Source: an uncultured Acidimicrobiaceae bacterium (GTDB lineage Bacteria; Actinomycetota; Acidimicrobiia; Spongiisociales; ZC4RG35). From it: DNA of 64,000 nucleotides. This document shows, one piece after another, positions 26,913 to 37,753 of the stretch (the first letter of the stretch is position 1; each line of letters opens with the position of its first letter). The stretch covers positions 3,198 to 67,197 of the forward strand of contig CAZZIG010000070.1 in the NCBI GenBank assembly GCA_964653975.1, given 5' to 3'. Position numbers and translations under genes: made by a program. The notes beneath the pieces are model-generated. The model searched no databases. It was not told the origin of the DNA and was given only the letters and a program-made list of their open reading frames with translations.

Positions 26913-27799
26913 CGTCGGCCGACTGGCGATGCTCGGCCGAGGCGGTGGCCCGTGCCGAGCCTCTCTACGCCACGGCATCCCTGGTCTCGGCCTGGCTTCT
27001 CGTCGAACAGTCGGGTGCCTGGGGCCCGGACGCGCTGACGGATTCGAAGTTCCCGTCTGAGATTGCCGTCGAACTGCAACGGAGGACGTCGAATGTCCGA
27101 ATCCTGCTCATTCGACACCGGAAGACGAAGAGGAAGCCAGTCGTGTTCAAGACACATTCGGGGAGTCCGGACCAGCCACCGTCGATCGTCTCGATGCCCC
27201 TGACCGACCCCGCAGCCCTCCTCGACGTCGACTTCGACGCTCTGGCCGGCGGCGATGTAGGCCCGGGCGCGACGGTCGACCACCCGGTCTATCTGGTCTG
27301 CACCCATGGCCGCCACGACATCTGCTGTGCGGACAACGGCCGCCCCTTGTACCGGGCCATCTCCTCGATTCGACCTGATCGGGCCTGGGAGGTGTCCCAC
27401 ATCGGAGGCGACCGTTTTGCCGGCAATCTCCTCGTCCTCCCGAGGGGCGATTACTTCGGTCGGGTGGGATCCGACGACGCGGAGCGACTGGTCACCGAGT
27501 ACGAGGCCGACCGACTCGACCTCGCCCACCACCGGGGGCGCAGCACCCAACCCCGTCTGGTTCAGGCGGCAGAACACTTTCTGCGCGAGAGCGAAGGCCT
27601 GCGCGGTTTCGACGACCTGGCGTTGTCGGGGTATCGGAGGGACGGCGATCGGGCCGAGGTGGTCTTTGCCGACCGGGCCGGGCCGATCCGGGTGCAGGTT
27701 GCAGCACGCAGTGTCCAAGAGCCCCGACGACTCACCTGCCGGGCCGACGCCGCCGGTGATCCCGTTGCCTACGACCTCGTCTCCATCAGCCGGGGGTGA
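26909..27799 (+). CDS. sucrase/ferredoxin-like (thioredoxin-fold) family protein
   Basis: …VYLVCTHGRHDICCADNGRPLY…; TTG start overlaps the JmjC stop. Confidence 0.5.
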   Translation: MTSADWRCSAEAVARAEPLYATASLVSAWLLVEQSGAWGPDALTDSKFPSEIAVELQRRTSNVRILLIRHRKTKRKPVVFKTHSGSPDQPPSIVSMPLTDPAALLDVDFDALAGGDVGPGATVDHPVYLVCTHGRHDICCADNGRPLYRAISSIRPDRAWEVSHIGGDRFAGNLLVLPRGDYFGRVGSDDAERLVTEYEADRLDLAHHRGRSTQPRLVQAAEHFLRESEGLRGFDDLALSGYRRDGDRAEVVFADRAGPIRVQVAARSVQEPRRLTCRADAAGDPVAYDLVSISRG

Positions 27800-27935
27800 G
27801 TCTGGCGAGCGAGATCCGCCTGGTCGATTTTGGTCAGGCGCTGCCTGGTGAATCCGCCAGCCAGACCTGCCGTGATCGCTTCGTTGGATGACGATGAGGA
27901 GTCGAGGAGATGGGCGAAACGGGGCGACCCTCGCT

Positions 27936-28778
27936 CTAACTCCCGCCGCGACGGGCGACCACGAGGAGGTACTCGTAGATGTACTCCGCGGGGCCTTCGG
28001 GCGGGCCAGTGTTGCGGCTCGTCGCAAAGTCGAGGAAGTCACGATCGAGTGCTGCCAATCTCTCGGGGTCGTCGCTCAGGCTGGCATAGGTGGCGACCAC
28101 GGGACCGAAGTTCTCCTTGAAGAACTCCCGGTAAGCGACAGGAGTCTCGGCCTTCTCCACGTAAGTCCTGCGGGTCATCTCCAGCGAGTCGACGCGGTCA
28201 CCGAACAACTCCCACACGTGGTCCTCGCTGCCCCAGAGAGCGGGCGGAAGAGCGCCCGGAGGAGGTGGGGGCATGTAGGGAGCGAGCGCATCGAAGAACG
28301 GTGTGATCATGCCTTCTGGCGTGAAGTTGAGCATCCCGATCGTCCCTCCCGTCCGGCACACCCGGAGCATCTCGTCGGCCACCGCCTGGTGGTCGGGGGC
28401 GAACAGCGCACCGAACGACGAGGTGACCACGTCGAACTCGCCATCGCCAAAGGGAAGGTCCTCGGCGTCCGCCTCGACCCATTCCAACTGCACGCCGTGA
28501 GCATCGGCCTCCCGACGACCGGCATCGAAATTCTCCGGGGTCAGGTCCGAGGCCACCACCTCGGCACCGGCCTCAGCGGCCCTGATCGCGGTATTGCCTG
28601 TTCCGGCGGCGACATCGAGGACCCGCTGTCCGGCGGAGATCCCACAGGCGCGCACCAGCACCTCGCCGCCTTCCCAGACTGTTCCCTTGGCGAACTTGTG
28701 ATAGTCCCCGAGGGCCCAAGCGGCCCTCGTTGCCCTCTTCATCTCCGAGTCGACATCGCTCGTCCCCGGCACTTCCAC
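27936..28778 (-). CDS. class I SAM-dependent methyltransferase (Methyltransf_11/25-like, small-molecule type)
   Basis: VLDVAAGTGNTAIRAAEAGAEVVASDLTPENF…FDVVTSSFGALFAPD. Confidence 0.8.
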   Translation of the reverse strand: MEVPGTSDVDSEMKRATRAAWALGDYHKFAKGTVWEGGEVLVRACGISAGQRVLDVAAGTGNTAIRAAEAGAEVVASDLTPENFDAGRREADAHGVQLEWVEADAEDLPFGDGEFDVVTSSFGALFAPDHQAVADEMLRVCRTGGTIGMLNFTPEGMITPFFDALAPYMPPPPPGALPPALWGSEDHVWELFGDRVDSLEMTRRTYVEKAETPVAYREFFKENFGPVVATYASLSDDPERLAALDRDFLDFATSRNTGPPEGPAEYIYEYLLVVARRGGS

Positions 28779-28970
28779 TGGTTCGCCATCTGTTTCCTCC
28801 GTTCGTCGCCGACACTGGCAATCTCGTGGATCCTGGCGAGCGCGGCGGCCGCGAACATCCCCCGTCCGATGGCCATCCGACGCGCCATCGCTCGAAAGTA
28901 ACCCGGCATCCCGGCGGTGTCTTCGCCGGAACCGGGGATCTTCGCCGCCCGATGTGGCCAGATCTGGCTA

Positions 28971-30614
28971 TCAGTCGAGTAGGCCGGCACGGACCGCATA
29001 GGCGGCCGCGGCCGCGCGTGACGGGAGATCGAGCTTGCGCAGGATGTTGGTCACGTGGCGGTGAACAGTGTGCTCGGAGACTTCGAGACGCTGCGCGATC
29101 TGTCGGTTGGTCAGACCCTCGGCGAGGAGTTCCAGGACATCTCTCTCCCGGGATGTCACCTTTGAATCCGGGACTCCTCCACCCGGTCTCAACAAGTTCC
29201 GCGCTCGATCGGACTCGGCCACCGCACCGAGATCGAGGAGGACCGTCGAGGCGATGCCGACCTCACGCTCGGCGAGCTCGGTGTTACCCAGAGCGGCGAG
29301 ACTCGTCGCCAATTCGATCCGAGCCTGTGCCGCCTCGAACGGGGCCTCAATTCGGCCGAACCGATCGACTGCATCTTCGAGAAGCACCCGTGCCCTCTCG
29401 TGATCGCCACCGGCCGCCTCGATCTGACCCTCGACGAGGTCAGTGACCGCACGCAGGGGATCGGTCCCCACCATCGCCTCGATCTCCCGCAGTGCGGTGA
29501 GCGCCCGACGGGCCTCGGCCTGCTCGCCCGAGGCCACATATGCCCGGATCAGGATATGGAGAACCGGAACGCGCTCCAGCTTTGCTTCGGGTGCCATTTG
29601 GCGGAGGAGACGCTCGGCCAGGTCCACAGCGCGCCGCGGCTGGCCCCCGTCGAGATCGAGGCGGGCCCGGCAGATCTGGGCCGACATCGAAGTTCCGGCC
29701 CGGTCGAGGAGCGAGTTCGCTTCCTCCACACGCGCCTGTCTTCTTCTCAACTCCGCCAGGCTGACCAGCGGCGCCGTCACCATCGCCGGCCTCGAGCGAG
29801 AGAAGTCCTTAATTGAAGCCTCCAACATTTGTTCGGCGTGGTCCCAGCGGCCCCGCCACAGATACACCTCCCCATACTCGGCACGACAGAACGCCAGCAT
29901 GTACCCGCTTCCATAACGGTCGGCGAACTCGGCGATGCGATCGCACCATTCGAAGGCACGCTCGTAGTCGAAGACGGCGGTGCAGGAGCCGACCAGGAAG
30001 CAGCACGCCCAGGCACCCGAGATGGGGATGGTGGCCTCTCCGGCCATGGCGGTGGCGGTCGCCTCGTCGAGAAGCCTCATGCCCTCTTCGATTTGCGCCT
30101 CGGAGACGAGGACGGATCCTTCGAGCGCCAGCCCGAGCATCTCAAGATCCGGGACTCCGTGGCGGTCACCCGCTTGGGCCGCTTCCCGGCCCAACTCGGC
30201 GGCTCTACGGCTCTCACCCCAGTGCAACGCGACGAAGCCTTCGTGAAACGCCAACCAACCGTGCTCGGGACCCGGTTCGACGGTTTCGAGGAGCCTCCTC
30301 GCCCGTTGCAGCCAGCCGCTGGCCACCGCGGTCCCACCCCGGAAGTCGAGCTCGTCGGCTGCCCGCCAAGTGGCCATTCGCGCCGCTCCGGCCGGCTCCC
30401 CCTGTTGCCGGTAGAGGAGATAGGCGCGCTCACGCGTTGCGAAGACGGTCTCGGCGTCGTCCATCCACCATGCAGCCCAGCTCAACCCTTCGAGTGCCTC
30501 AGGCGTCTCCCCAGCTTCGAGAGTCTCTGTGAACTTGGCTCTGGCGGCCTGCCACTCAGCGTCGGTGAGCAGTTCCCACCCTGTGGCGATCGGATCGGTG
30601 GCTGCCTTGGCCAT
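28971..30614 (-). CDS. LuxR-family transcriptional regulator with a large helical (TPR-like) N-terminal domain
   Basis: C-terminal HTH RERDVLELLAEGLTNRQIAQRLEVSEHTVHRHVTNILRKLDL; no Walker motif recognised in the N-terminal ~470 aa. Confidence 0.75.
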   Translation of the reverse strand: MAKAATDPIATGWELLTDAEWQAARAKFTETLEAGETPEALEGLSWAAWWMDDAETVFATRERAYLLYRQQGEPAGAARMATWRAADELDFRGGTAVASGWLQRARRLLETVEPGPEHGWLAFHEGFVALHWGESRRAAELGREAAQAGDRHGVPDLEMLGLALEGSVLVSEAQIEEGMRLLDEATATAMAGEATIPISGAWACCFLVGSCTAVFDYERAFEWCDRIAEFADRYGSGYMLAFCRAEYGEVYLWRGRWDHAEQMLEASIKDFSRSRPAMVTAPLVSLAELRRRQARVEEANSLLDRAGTSMSAQICRARLDLDGGQPRRAVDLAERLLRQMAPEAKLERVPVLHILIRAYVASGEQAEARRALTALREIEAMVGTDPLRAVTDLVEGQIEAAGGDHERARVLLEDAVDRFGRIEAPFEAAQARIELATSLAALGNTELAEREVGIASTVLLDLGAVAESDRARNLLRPGGGVPDSKVTSRERDVLELLAEGLTNRQIAQRLEVSEHTVHRHVTNILRKLDLPSRAAAAAYAVRAGLLD

Positions 30615-30647
30615 GAGGCCATTCTCGCGCCGATTCAGCTCGTCGTG

Positions 30648-31283
30648 TCAGGTCGACTCGGGATCCTGGCTGTCGAGGTCGGGGGCGAACTGGGCCAGTG
30701 ACATCTCGACACCGGCAGCGATCTCCTCGCTGCTCGCGGTACCGGCCGCCTCGACCACGGCCCGCCACTCGTACACCGACTGCCTGGAGAACTCCTGGGC
30801 CTCGGTCGAATTGGCTGCGGCCACCGGATCGTCGGTCGTCTCCCGACGCAGGTAGAGGTCGAGACCCAAGAGAGCACCGTCCCATCCCGGTCCCACATAG
30901 AAGGCACCAGCCACGCTGCGTGCCATCTCTATGGGCACTGTGTGCTCCAGTTCCAGGATGGTCTCGCTCCCTGTGTCTGCCGCCAGTCGCAACTCGACGA
31001 TGCTGTTCGGTGCCCCGAAGGTCACCCGGAGCAGACGCGGGGGATCACATTCGAGGATGTCGCCGCCTGCGTTCCCCTCGAGCTGGAAGTTCCCTCCCTC
31101 ACGGAGTTCTCCACTGACAGGGAGGAACCAGCGCTCCATGCGCTTCGGATCGGTGAGGGCGCTCCACACGTCTTCGATCGTGGCGTCGTAGCTGCGGCGG
31201 AGCAGAACCCCGACGGCATCCCCGTCGTTGCGTTCGCCGACCTCGCGATGGATGGCTTCGAGTTGGCTGCGGATGTCGATCAT
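30648..31283 (-). CDS. SRPBCC / AHSA1-domain protein
   Basis: …SYDATIEDVWSALTDPKRMERWFLP… fold signature; commonly paired with ArsR. Confidence 0.7.
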   Translation of the reverse strand: MIDIRSQLEAIHREVGERNDGDAVGVLLRRSYDATIEDVWSALTDPKRMERWFLPVSGELREGGNFQLEGNAGGDILECDPPRLLRVTFGAPNSIVELRLAADTGSETILELEHTVPIEMARSVAGAFYVGPGWDGALLGLDLYLRRETTDDPVAAANSTEAQEFSRQSVYEWRAVVEAAGTASSEEIAAGVEMSLAQFAPDLDSQDPEST

Positions 31284-31681
31284 GTCTTCTTCTCCTTGTC
31301 TCCATTGTCGGGCGATGAGGTGGTGCCTTCTCTGCGCCGCTCCCGCTTGCCCCTGGCGAGCTCAGTCGCAAGGGCGTCCAGATGCTGGCTCCAGAATCGG
31401 CGGAATGGCTCCAGCCACATGTCGACCTCCTCGAGCGGCTCCCCGTTGACCGCATAGTGGCGGCGAGTGCCCTCGGCGCGAACCGTGGTGAACCCGCTTT
31501 CACGCAACACGCGGAGATGTTGGGACACTGCCGGCTGTGAGATGCCGAACTCATCCTGAATGGCGTGGGCAATGGCTCCCGAGGTCAGTTCGTCTTCAGC
31601 GAGCAGTTCTAGGATCCGCCGTCGTACCGGGTCGCCGAGAACATCGAAAGCATGCACCTGGGCGATTATTGCAGCCTTCAC
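31280..31681 (-). CDS. ArsR/SmtB family transcriptional regulator
   Basis: FDVLGDPVRRRILELLAEDELTSGAIAHAIQDEFGISQPAVSQHLRVLRESGF. Confidence 0.85.
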   Translation of the reverse strand: MKAAIIAQVHAFDVLGDPVRRRILELLAEDELTSGAIAHAIQDEFGISQPAVSQHLRVLRESGFTTVRAEGTRRHYAVNGEPLEEVDMWLEPFRRFWSQHLDALATELARGKRERRREGTTSSPDNGDKEKKT

Positions 31682-31758
31682 TTATATAAGTCAAGACTGA
31701 AGCTCTGAGGCCTCCTCATAGAGACAGGTCCGTACAACCCTCTTCTGCTCCCGCGGGC

Positions 31759-34077
31759 TCAGCTCCCTTGCAAGGAGGCGTAGAGCTCTTCCTCCTGGGC
31801 GAAGTGGAGCTCGAGGATGGCGTAGAGACCGTAGAGAGTGCGCCGTAGATCTCTCAGATCGGCCGCCCCGGGCCCGCCGGCCGGCAACTCTGCGACCTGG
31901 CGTTCGAACAGCTCGACGAGGTGGAAGATCTCACGGTGGGTCCGACTCATCATGGCCATCGGGTCTTCGCCGGGCATGATCTCGGCTATCCGGGGGTAGA
32001 TTTCGCTTTCGTCTCCGGCCTCATGGGGCTGGATCTCCTCGACGAGGAATCGCTCGACCTCCTTCAGCAGCCGCACCCCCTCGGCCGGGGGGAGGGTGTC
32101 GATGGTGTCAGCAGCCTGTCGGAGTCTGTTCAATTGGGGCATGAGCTCTCGATGCTCGGCCTGCAGCCGGTCGGCGAGGTCGGCAGGGAGCACGGCTCCA
32201 TCCTCACTCGGGCTCCTACCGCCAAGGGCTCGCAACGAATTGAGGATCGCGATCACGTCGATGCCCTCCTGGACCAGGGCGCCGACGATGGGGACCAGCA
32301 GTCCGACGGATGCCGCCGTCATCGCCACCAGTGAGAGCCCCATACCGATGAGCACGGTCTGCACAGCGATGTGGCGGGAACGCTGTGCAATCCCGATGGC
32401 GTCGACGAGCAACTGGAGACGGTCGACCACGAGGACTATGTCCGCAGCTTCTGAAGATGCGGTCGCACCACGCGCCCCCATGGCGACGCCGACATCTGCC
32501 GCGGCCAGGGCGGGTGCATCGTTGATGCCGTCGCCGACCATCGTGGTGACGCCTGTTCGCTGCAAATCCTCGAGCACCCTCACCTTCTCCTCGGGTGTGG
32601 CCTCTGCGAGGATGTCGTCCGCACCCACGGCAACCCCGACCGACCGCGCCACCAGCGGTTGGTCTCCGGTCGCCATCACGACCTGCTCGACACCAAGACG
32701 ACGTAGGGCGCGGATCGTGCGTGCCGCGTCGGGCCGGATCCGATCGTCGAAGACGAGAGCACCAACGACGTCACCGTCGACCGCGACGTAGACGACGGTC
32801 GGCGACACCTTGGTGACTCGACTCCGAAATGCTTCGACCTCCGGTGGCTCCGGCGACCCATCGAGGATCCACGACAATTTCCCGACGGAGACACTCCTCG
32901 TCCCGACGGTCGCAGAGACTCCCGCACCATGTCGCTCTTCGACCTCGGTGGGCAGGACGAAGTCGACCTCACGTTCATGGGCGGTAGCGACGATCGACCG
33001 GGCCAAAACATGTGATGAGACCTGATCGACCGACGCCGCCAGAGACAGCATCTCCTGTTCGGACATCGACCCATCGAAGACGGTGACCGAGTGAAGGACT
33101 GGCCGGCCGACAGTTACGGTTCCGGTCTTGTCGATGACGACATTCCGCGTCTGCGCCAGGGTCTCCAACGCTCCACCTCCCCTGAACACGACACCGCGAC
33201 GGGCGGCTCGCGAGATGCCGGACACCAGGGCGATCGGCACGCCGAGCAACAGCGGGCAGGGCGTGGCGACGACGAGTACGGCGAGACCGCGCATCTGATC
33301 GCCGGACAGCAGCCACGCCATCCCGGACACCACGAGTGCCACGGGCACGAACCAGCCCGCCCACCGGTCCGCCAGACGCACCGCCGGCGCACGAGACTCG
33401 CGCGCCGACTCCACCAACCGGATGATCCCGGCGTATGTGCTCTCCCCGGCCTCTTCCGTAGCCTGGATTTCGAATACGTCCGCGGCATTCACGGTGCCAC
33501 TGCTGACCAGGTCGCCGCTGGTCTTCTCCACCGGGAGCGGCTCCCCGGTGAGCGCCGACTCGTCGACGACCGCCACACCCCCTACGACCACACCGTCGAC
33601 CGGGAGAACCTCACCGGCCTTCACCAACAGGCGGTCGCCGCGACGAATCTCGTCGACATCCACAGTCTCGACGGACTCACCCCTCACCCTATGAGCCGTC
33701 CTTGGCGCCCGCTGGATCAGCGAGGTCAATTCACGCTCCGCCCGCCCGGCCGCGTAGTCCTCGAGGAACTGACCGGTGGCCAGCATCAGTCCGATGATTG
33801 CTGCGGTGAGCAACTCTCCCAGGGCCAGCGCCGCCACCACCGCGAGCAGCGCTATGACGTCGACCCCCATCTCACGGCGCCTCAGCTTCTGGACCATCTC
33901 GCGCAGCAGTGGGACGAGTGGAAGCACCGCAACCAAGATCAGCGCCCAGTCGACACCGACACCGAGGTCGAGGAGGGCGAAGAGACCGGCGACCGTCAGC
34001 CCGACGACCACGAACGCCAGCATGATCGTGGCCGAGCGAGCGGAGCGCATGTCCTCAGTAAACCCTGCGAGCCTCAA
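31759..34077 (-). CDS. P1B-type heavy-metal P-type ATPase with a C-terminal hemerythrin-like domain (P1B-5 architecture)
   Basis: TM TPCP motif ([11 protein letters not shown]), phosphorylation site VIDKTGTVT, hinge [17 protein letters not shown]; C-terminal ~150 aa carry H…HxxxE hemerythrin/HHE repeats (…EHRELMP…[13 protein letters not shown]…[12 protein letters not shown]…[10 protein letters not shown]). Confidence 0.8.
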   Translation of the reverse strand: MRLAGFTEDMRSARSATIMLAFVVVGLTVAGLFALLDLGVGVDWALILVAVLPLVPLLREMVQKLRRREMGVDVIALLAVVAALALGELLTAAIIGLMLATGQFLEDYAAGRAERELTSLIQRAPRTAHRVRGESVETVDVDEIRRGDRLLVKAGEVLPVDGVVVGGVAVVDESALTGEPLPVEKTSGDLVSSGTVNAADVFEIQATEEAGESTYAGIIRLVESARESRAPAVRLADRWAGWFVPVALVVSGMAWLLSGDQMRGLAVLVVATPCPLLLGVPIALVSGISRAARRGVVFRGGGALETLAQTRNVVIDKTGTVTVGRPVLHSVTVFDGSMSEQEMLSLAASVDQVSSHVLARSIVATAHEREVDFVLPTEVEERHGAGVSATVGTRSVSVGKLSWILDGSPEPPEVEAFRSRVTKVSPTVVYVAVDGDVVGALVFDDRIRPDAARTIRALRRLGVEQVVMATGDQPLVARSVGVAVGADDILAEATPEEKVRVLEDLQRTGVTTMVGDGINDAPALAAADVGVAMGARGATASSEAADIVLVVDRLQLLVDAIGIAQRSRHIAVQTVLIGMGLSLVAMTAASVGLLVPIVGALVQEGIDVIAILNSLRALGGRSPSEDGAVLPADLADRLQAEHRELMPQLNRLRQAADTIDTLPPAEGVRLLKEVERFLVEEIQPHEAGDESEIYPRIAEIMPGEDPMAMMSRTHREIFHLVELFERQVAELPAGGPGAADLRDLRRTLYGLYAILELHFAQEEELYASLQGS

Positions 34078-34224
34078 CCGTTACAGGGCAGGCGGTCACT
34101 TTTGTCGAGTGACCTTCGTCACCTGGGTTGTCAGGGGGCTCATGGCCAGGACCGACAGTCGAGGACTTAAGACCCTATCGAGCGCACCACAGCGGACTGA
34201 GGATGAAATGGAAAGGGGTAGAAG

Positions 34225-34974
34225 TTGGGTTCGACCGAGATCCTCGTGCTGGCCCTGATCCTCGTCTGGTTCGGGTCTGGTGCCGTCGTGACGCTATGGA
34301 TGCGGCGCTCCGGATACGACCTCGAGCTCTGGCTCGCTCTGAGCTTGCTGCTGGGGCCTTTCTCCTTCGTCTTCGCGGCGGAACGTATTCGCCACCTTCC
34401 ACGTCGACACGCCATCGATATAGCGGATCGGGCCGACGGGGCCTTTGACGTGCTCGCGGGTATCGACCCTTCCGACGAGTCGGGCCGTGCCGTCACGCAG
34501 GCACTCGAACTATTTGGGCCCAATGTGACGAACCTGACCCTCGTCTCCGTCCTCGACTATGACTCGAGCGGGCCCTTCTCGGGCATCGGGGCACAGTCGA
34601 AGGCATACGACCGGCTGGTGGCGGTGGCCACCGAGATCGGGTTTCAGGCGGTGGAACTGGAGATCCTCTACGGACGACCCTCGACCGAACTGGCGGTGTT
34701 CGCACGAGACGCCGGAATCGAGTTGATAGTGGTCGGAGCCCGTGGTGAGGGGATGTCCAGGGCGCTCTTGGGAAGCGTCAGTTCCGAGCTCATAGGGACT
34801 TCGGAGGTCCCCGTGTTCGTCGGACCGGCTCGACCGCTCCACCTAGATCCACAGGCGACCGACACCGATTCCTCGGCTTCGGATGACGGTTTCAACCGGA
34901 ACCTCGGGCCCTCGGCTCCGGATGGCGGTGCCGACTCCGCGGATGATCCCCGCCGAAGACGGTCGTTTCGCTAG
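34225..34974 (+). CDS. membrane-anchored universal stress protein (UspA family)
   Basis: N-terminal TM helices, then USP fold with ATP-motif region VVGARGEGMSRALLGSVSSELIGTSEVPVFVG. Confidence 0.65.
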   Translation: MGSTEILVLALILVWFGSGAVVTLWMRRSGYDLELWLALSLLLGPFSFVFAAERIRHLPRRHAIDIADRADGAFDVLAGIDPSDESGRAVTQALELFGPNVTNLTLVSVLDYDSSGPFSGIGAQSKAYDRLVAVATEIGFQAVELEILYGRPSTELAVFARDAGIELIVVGARGEGMSRALLGSVSSELIGTSEVPVFVGPARPLHLDPQATDTDSSASDDGFNRNLGPSAPDGGADSADDPRRRRSFR

Positions 34975-35429
34975 TCGAACAGGTGTCGGGTTTGGGAGTA
35001 GCGGCCCTTCGCAAACGCGAGGACCTTGATGGGCTTTACTTCGTAGACCAGCGCCAGACCTCCGATCTCGTTGAGGAAGCCTCCTTCGACAGGCTCGAAC
35101 TCCCATCGGCCATCCCACTTGGTGCGCCAGGCCGCAGCAAGTCGCTCCAGCTTCGACCGATCCGTAACCCGGGTGGCGACACCTTCGACGACGACGTCGG
35201 TGCCTCCATCCCAGGCCTCGGTGCCGGTTGTCAGGGCGATGGCAGGGTTTTGGCTCAGGTTTACTGCCTTCTGCTCCTCCGGCCCGGTGCAGAAGTAGAC
35301 GGCATCGTCCCACCACACGGTCACCAGGGGGGTCACATGAGGGCGGCCGTCGGACCGGACGGTCGTGATCCACGACACCTGAGCCTTCTCCAGGTTGGCA
35401 CGGGTCGTTTCCCAGTCCGTCACCGTTGC
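34971..35429 (-). CDS. pyridoxamine 5'-phosphate oxidase family protein (F420/FMN-binding split-barrel)
   Basis: …AQVSWITTVRSDGRPHVTPLVTVWWDDAVYFCTGPEEQKAVNLSQNPAIALT…; probable GTG start inside the longer track ORF. Confidence 0.65.
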   Translation of the reverse strand, partial: ATVTDWETTRANLEKAQVSWITTVRSDGRPHVTPLVTVWWDDAVYFCTGPEEQKAVNLSQNPAIALTTGTEAWDGGTDVVVEGVATRVTDRSKLERLAAAWRTKWDGRWEFEPVEGGFLNEIGGLALVYEVKPIKVLAFAKGRYSQTRHLFD

Positions 35430-35646
35430 ATCAGGGTCGCTGAACCGCGGGTCCAGTTCGGTTGCTGGCTCGGTCAGGGTGTCTCCTCTCGTCGTCGTGC
35501 AGTATCCAACACAGTCGTTCCCGGATCCCCAACCCCACTTTTCCCACCATCCGAGTATGCATGGGGCCGTCCATCCGTCGTTTCGTGGCGACTGACCCTC
35601 GGCCACTACGGGACACCGATCTCTCCGGGTTCACTATTGTTCCGGT

Positions 35647-36336
35647 ATGGCTCGGCGGAGAGCGCCCGAGATGGTTCCGGTGCTCTCGCGTGGCAAGCAC
35701 CGGAACCCTCGCAAGGGGGCGTGCTTCATGGAGTACGCCTCGTTGCTCGCCGGCGAGCGCTGGACCGACCATCCCCAGTGCAGCCACCCACTTCTGGCTG
35801 CCGTCGCTCGACAGGTCAACGACCACATCTCCGATGGCGCCCGCTCCCGTCTCGTCGGTTTGATCCCCGAAGTCATCGGTCTCAACGGAGACGACCCCCG
35901 GCTCGATGCCGTGATCGCCACTCGATGCGCGGCCACGGCGATACCCGTCGCCGCCGAGCACCGACAGCGAGCACTCGCCGTCGGTCTTCTCGCTTCGCAG
36001 CGGTTCCTCCTCCAAATGGACGGTGAGGATGGCCCAAGCCGTGGCCCCGACCCGATCGGGCTCGCCGGGTCGGCCCTGAAACGCTTCCCCCACGCCGCTC
36101 GCTGGGCAGAGGACTTCGCCATCGACCGTCAGATGACCCCGAAGGCATATCGTCGCCGCTCGGCGCCCGCCATCGTCCGCGTGGCGGTAGCAGGTATCGC
36201 CGAGGCGGCGACCGCCGACCCCGATGCGATGCTCTACGAGCTCCTCGCATCGGTCATCCACGACTGCACCGAATGGCTCCGTCGGGAACCGTCGCCTGCC
36301 TCCCCCTGGGCTCGGCTTCCCACCACCACCGGGTAG
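35647..36336 (+). CDS. hypothetical protein
   Basis: ORF with protein-like composition; no family recognised. Confidence 0.4.
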   Translation: MARRRAPEMVPVLSRGKHRNPRKGACFMEYASLLAGERWTDHPQCSHPLLAAVARQVNDHISDGARSRLVGLIPEVIGLNGDDPRLDAVIATRCAATAIPVAAEHRQRALAVGLLASQRFLLQMDGEDGPSRGPDPIGLAGSALKRFPHAARWAEDFAIDRQMTPKAYRRRSAPAIVRVAVAGIAEAATADPDAMLYELLASVIHDCTEWLRREPSPASPWARLPTTTG

Positions 36337-36436
36337 AGCCCGGGCCCCGCCCGCGCTAGAACGTCATGCAGCGCAGAGTGGGGACTGATGTCGTTGGCCA
36401 TCCAGGACCCGCCACGGCAACGGGTAGGTTGATCCC

Positions 36437-37726
36437 ATGGGCCATCTCCTGCCCGACACGCCGATCACCGACCTCGCCGCCTACGAGTCCGCCGGAGGCG
36501 GCCTGGGTTTGGCGGCAGCGTTCGAAGCCGGGCCCAACGCCGTCATCGACCGTATCCGCAGCTCCGGTCTCCGGGGCCGTGGCGGGGCGGGGTTTCCCAC
36601 CGGCATCAAGTGGCGGGGCGCCGCCGACGAGCAGGCCGACCACCGCTACGTCGTGTGCAACGCTGCCGAGGGGGAGCCAGGGACTTTCAAAGACCGGGCA
36701 CTGATCCACCACAACCCCTATCAGCTCCTGGAGGGTCTGGCGATAGCCGGATATGCGGTGGGAGCCGAGGATGTCTTCGTCGGGATCAAGGACCGTTTCG
36801 GGGTCGAGACCGAGCGGCTGCGGGCCGCGTCCTCCGAGGTGGCGGCTGCTGGGTGGCTCGACCACGTCGAGTTGCGCATCGTCACCGGCCCGGACGACTA
36901 CCTCTTCGGAGAGGAGACCGGGCTGCTCGAGGTGATCGAGGGCCGGGACCCCCTTCCCCGGCTCTACCCCCCGTACGTGCAGGGTCTGTTCACCGACCAG
37001 GACCATCCGGTCCGGCCCACGGTCGTCAACAACGTGGAAACGCTCTCCCACGTGCCCCACATCCTCGCCAGGGGCAGTGAGTGGTTCCGCTCCCTGGGGA
37101 CCGACGAGTCGCCCGGGACGATGGTGTTCACGATCTGTGGCGACGTCAACCGGGAGACTGTCGTCGAGCAAGAACTGGGCACGCCCTTGTCATATCTGAT
37201 CCACGGACCGGCCGAAGGGATCAGGGAGGGACGGAGGACGAAGCTCGTGATCTCAGGTGCCTCGAACCGGCCCCTCGCCAACGAAGAGCTCGACGTGCCG
37301 GCGAGCTACGAAGCCCTGGCCAGGATCGGTTCGGGTCTCGGTGCCGGAGGGTTCATCGTCTACGACGAGACCACCTGTGTGGTCGAAGTCGCCGCCGCGT
37401 TGTCGACGTTCCTCTTCGAAGGTTCCTGTGGTCAATGCCCACCCTGCAAGCTCGGCACCGCAGCCTTCATGGAGCGGTTCGGAGCCATCGCCTCCGGTGG
37501 GGGCACCACCCAGGACGTCGAGGAGGCGGCAGCTTGGGTCCTGCGGGTCACCGACGCCAACCGCTGCGGGCTGGGCGCCGGCCAGCGTCTCCTCGCAGCG
37601 GGAATCCTCGAGCGGTTCACCGACGAATTGCTGGCATGTCTGGATGGGGGATGCCCTGGTCACCGAGGACTGGAGGCCCCCATGCTCACCGACTGGGACG
37701 TCGAGTCGGGGCGCTTCACACGCTAG
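36437..37726 (+). CDS. NuoF-like NADH dehydrogenase 51-kDa-subunit homologue (FMN/NADH-binding, 4Fe-4S), stand-alone
   Basis: GRGGAGFPTGIKW…VVCNAAEGEPGTFKDR…EGSCGQCPPCKLGT; no nuoE/nuoG neighbours. Confidence 0.8.
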   Translation: MGHLLPDTPITDLAAYESAGGGLGLAAAFEAGPNAVIDRIRSSGLRGRGGAGFPTGIKWRGAADEQADHRYVVCNAAEGEPGTFKDRALIHHNPYQLLEGLAIAGYAVGAEDVFVGIKDRFGVETERLRAASSEVAAAGWLDHVELRIVTGPDDYLFGEETGLLEVIEGRDPLPRLYPPYVQGLFTDQDHPVRPTVVNNVETLSHVPHILARGSEWFRSLGTDESPGTMVFTICGDVNRETVVEQELGTPLSYLIHGPAEGIREGRRTKLVISGASNRPLANEELDVPASYEALARIGSGLGAGGFIVYDETTCVVEVAAALSTFLFEGSCGQCPPCKLGTAAFMERFGAIASGGGTTQDVEEAAAWVLRVTDANRCGLGAGQRLLAAGILERFTDELLACLDGGCPGHRGLEAPMLTDWDVESGRFTR

Positions 37727-37753
37727 GAGTTCCGCAGAGCAACGAATGATCGA

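Noticed and set aside
36356-37171. 271-aa minus-strand ORF
   Set aside because: Antisense to the NuoF-like gene, whose FMN/NADH and Fe-S motifs are unambiguous.
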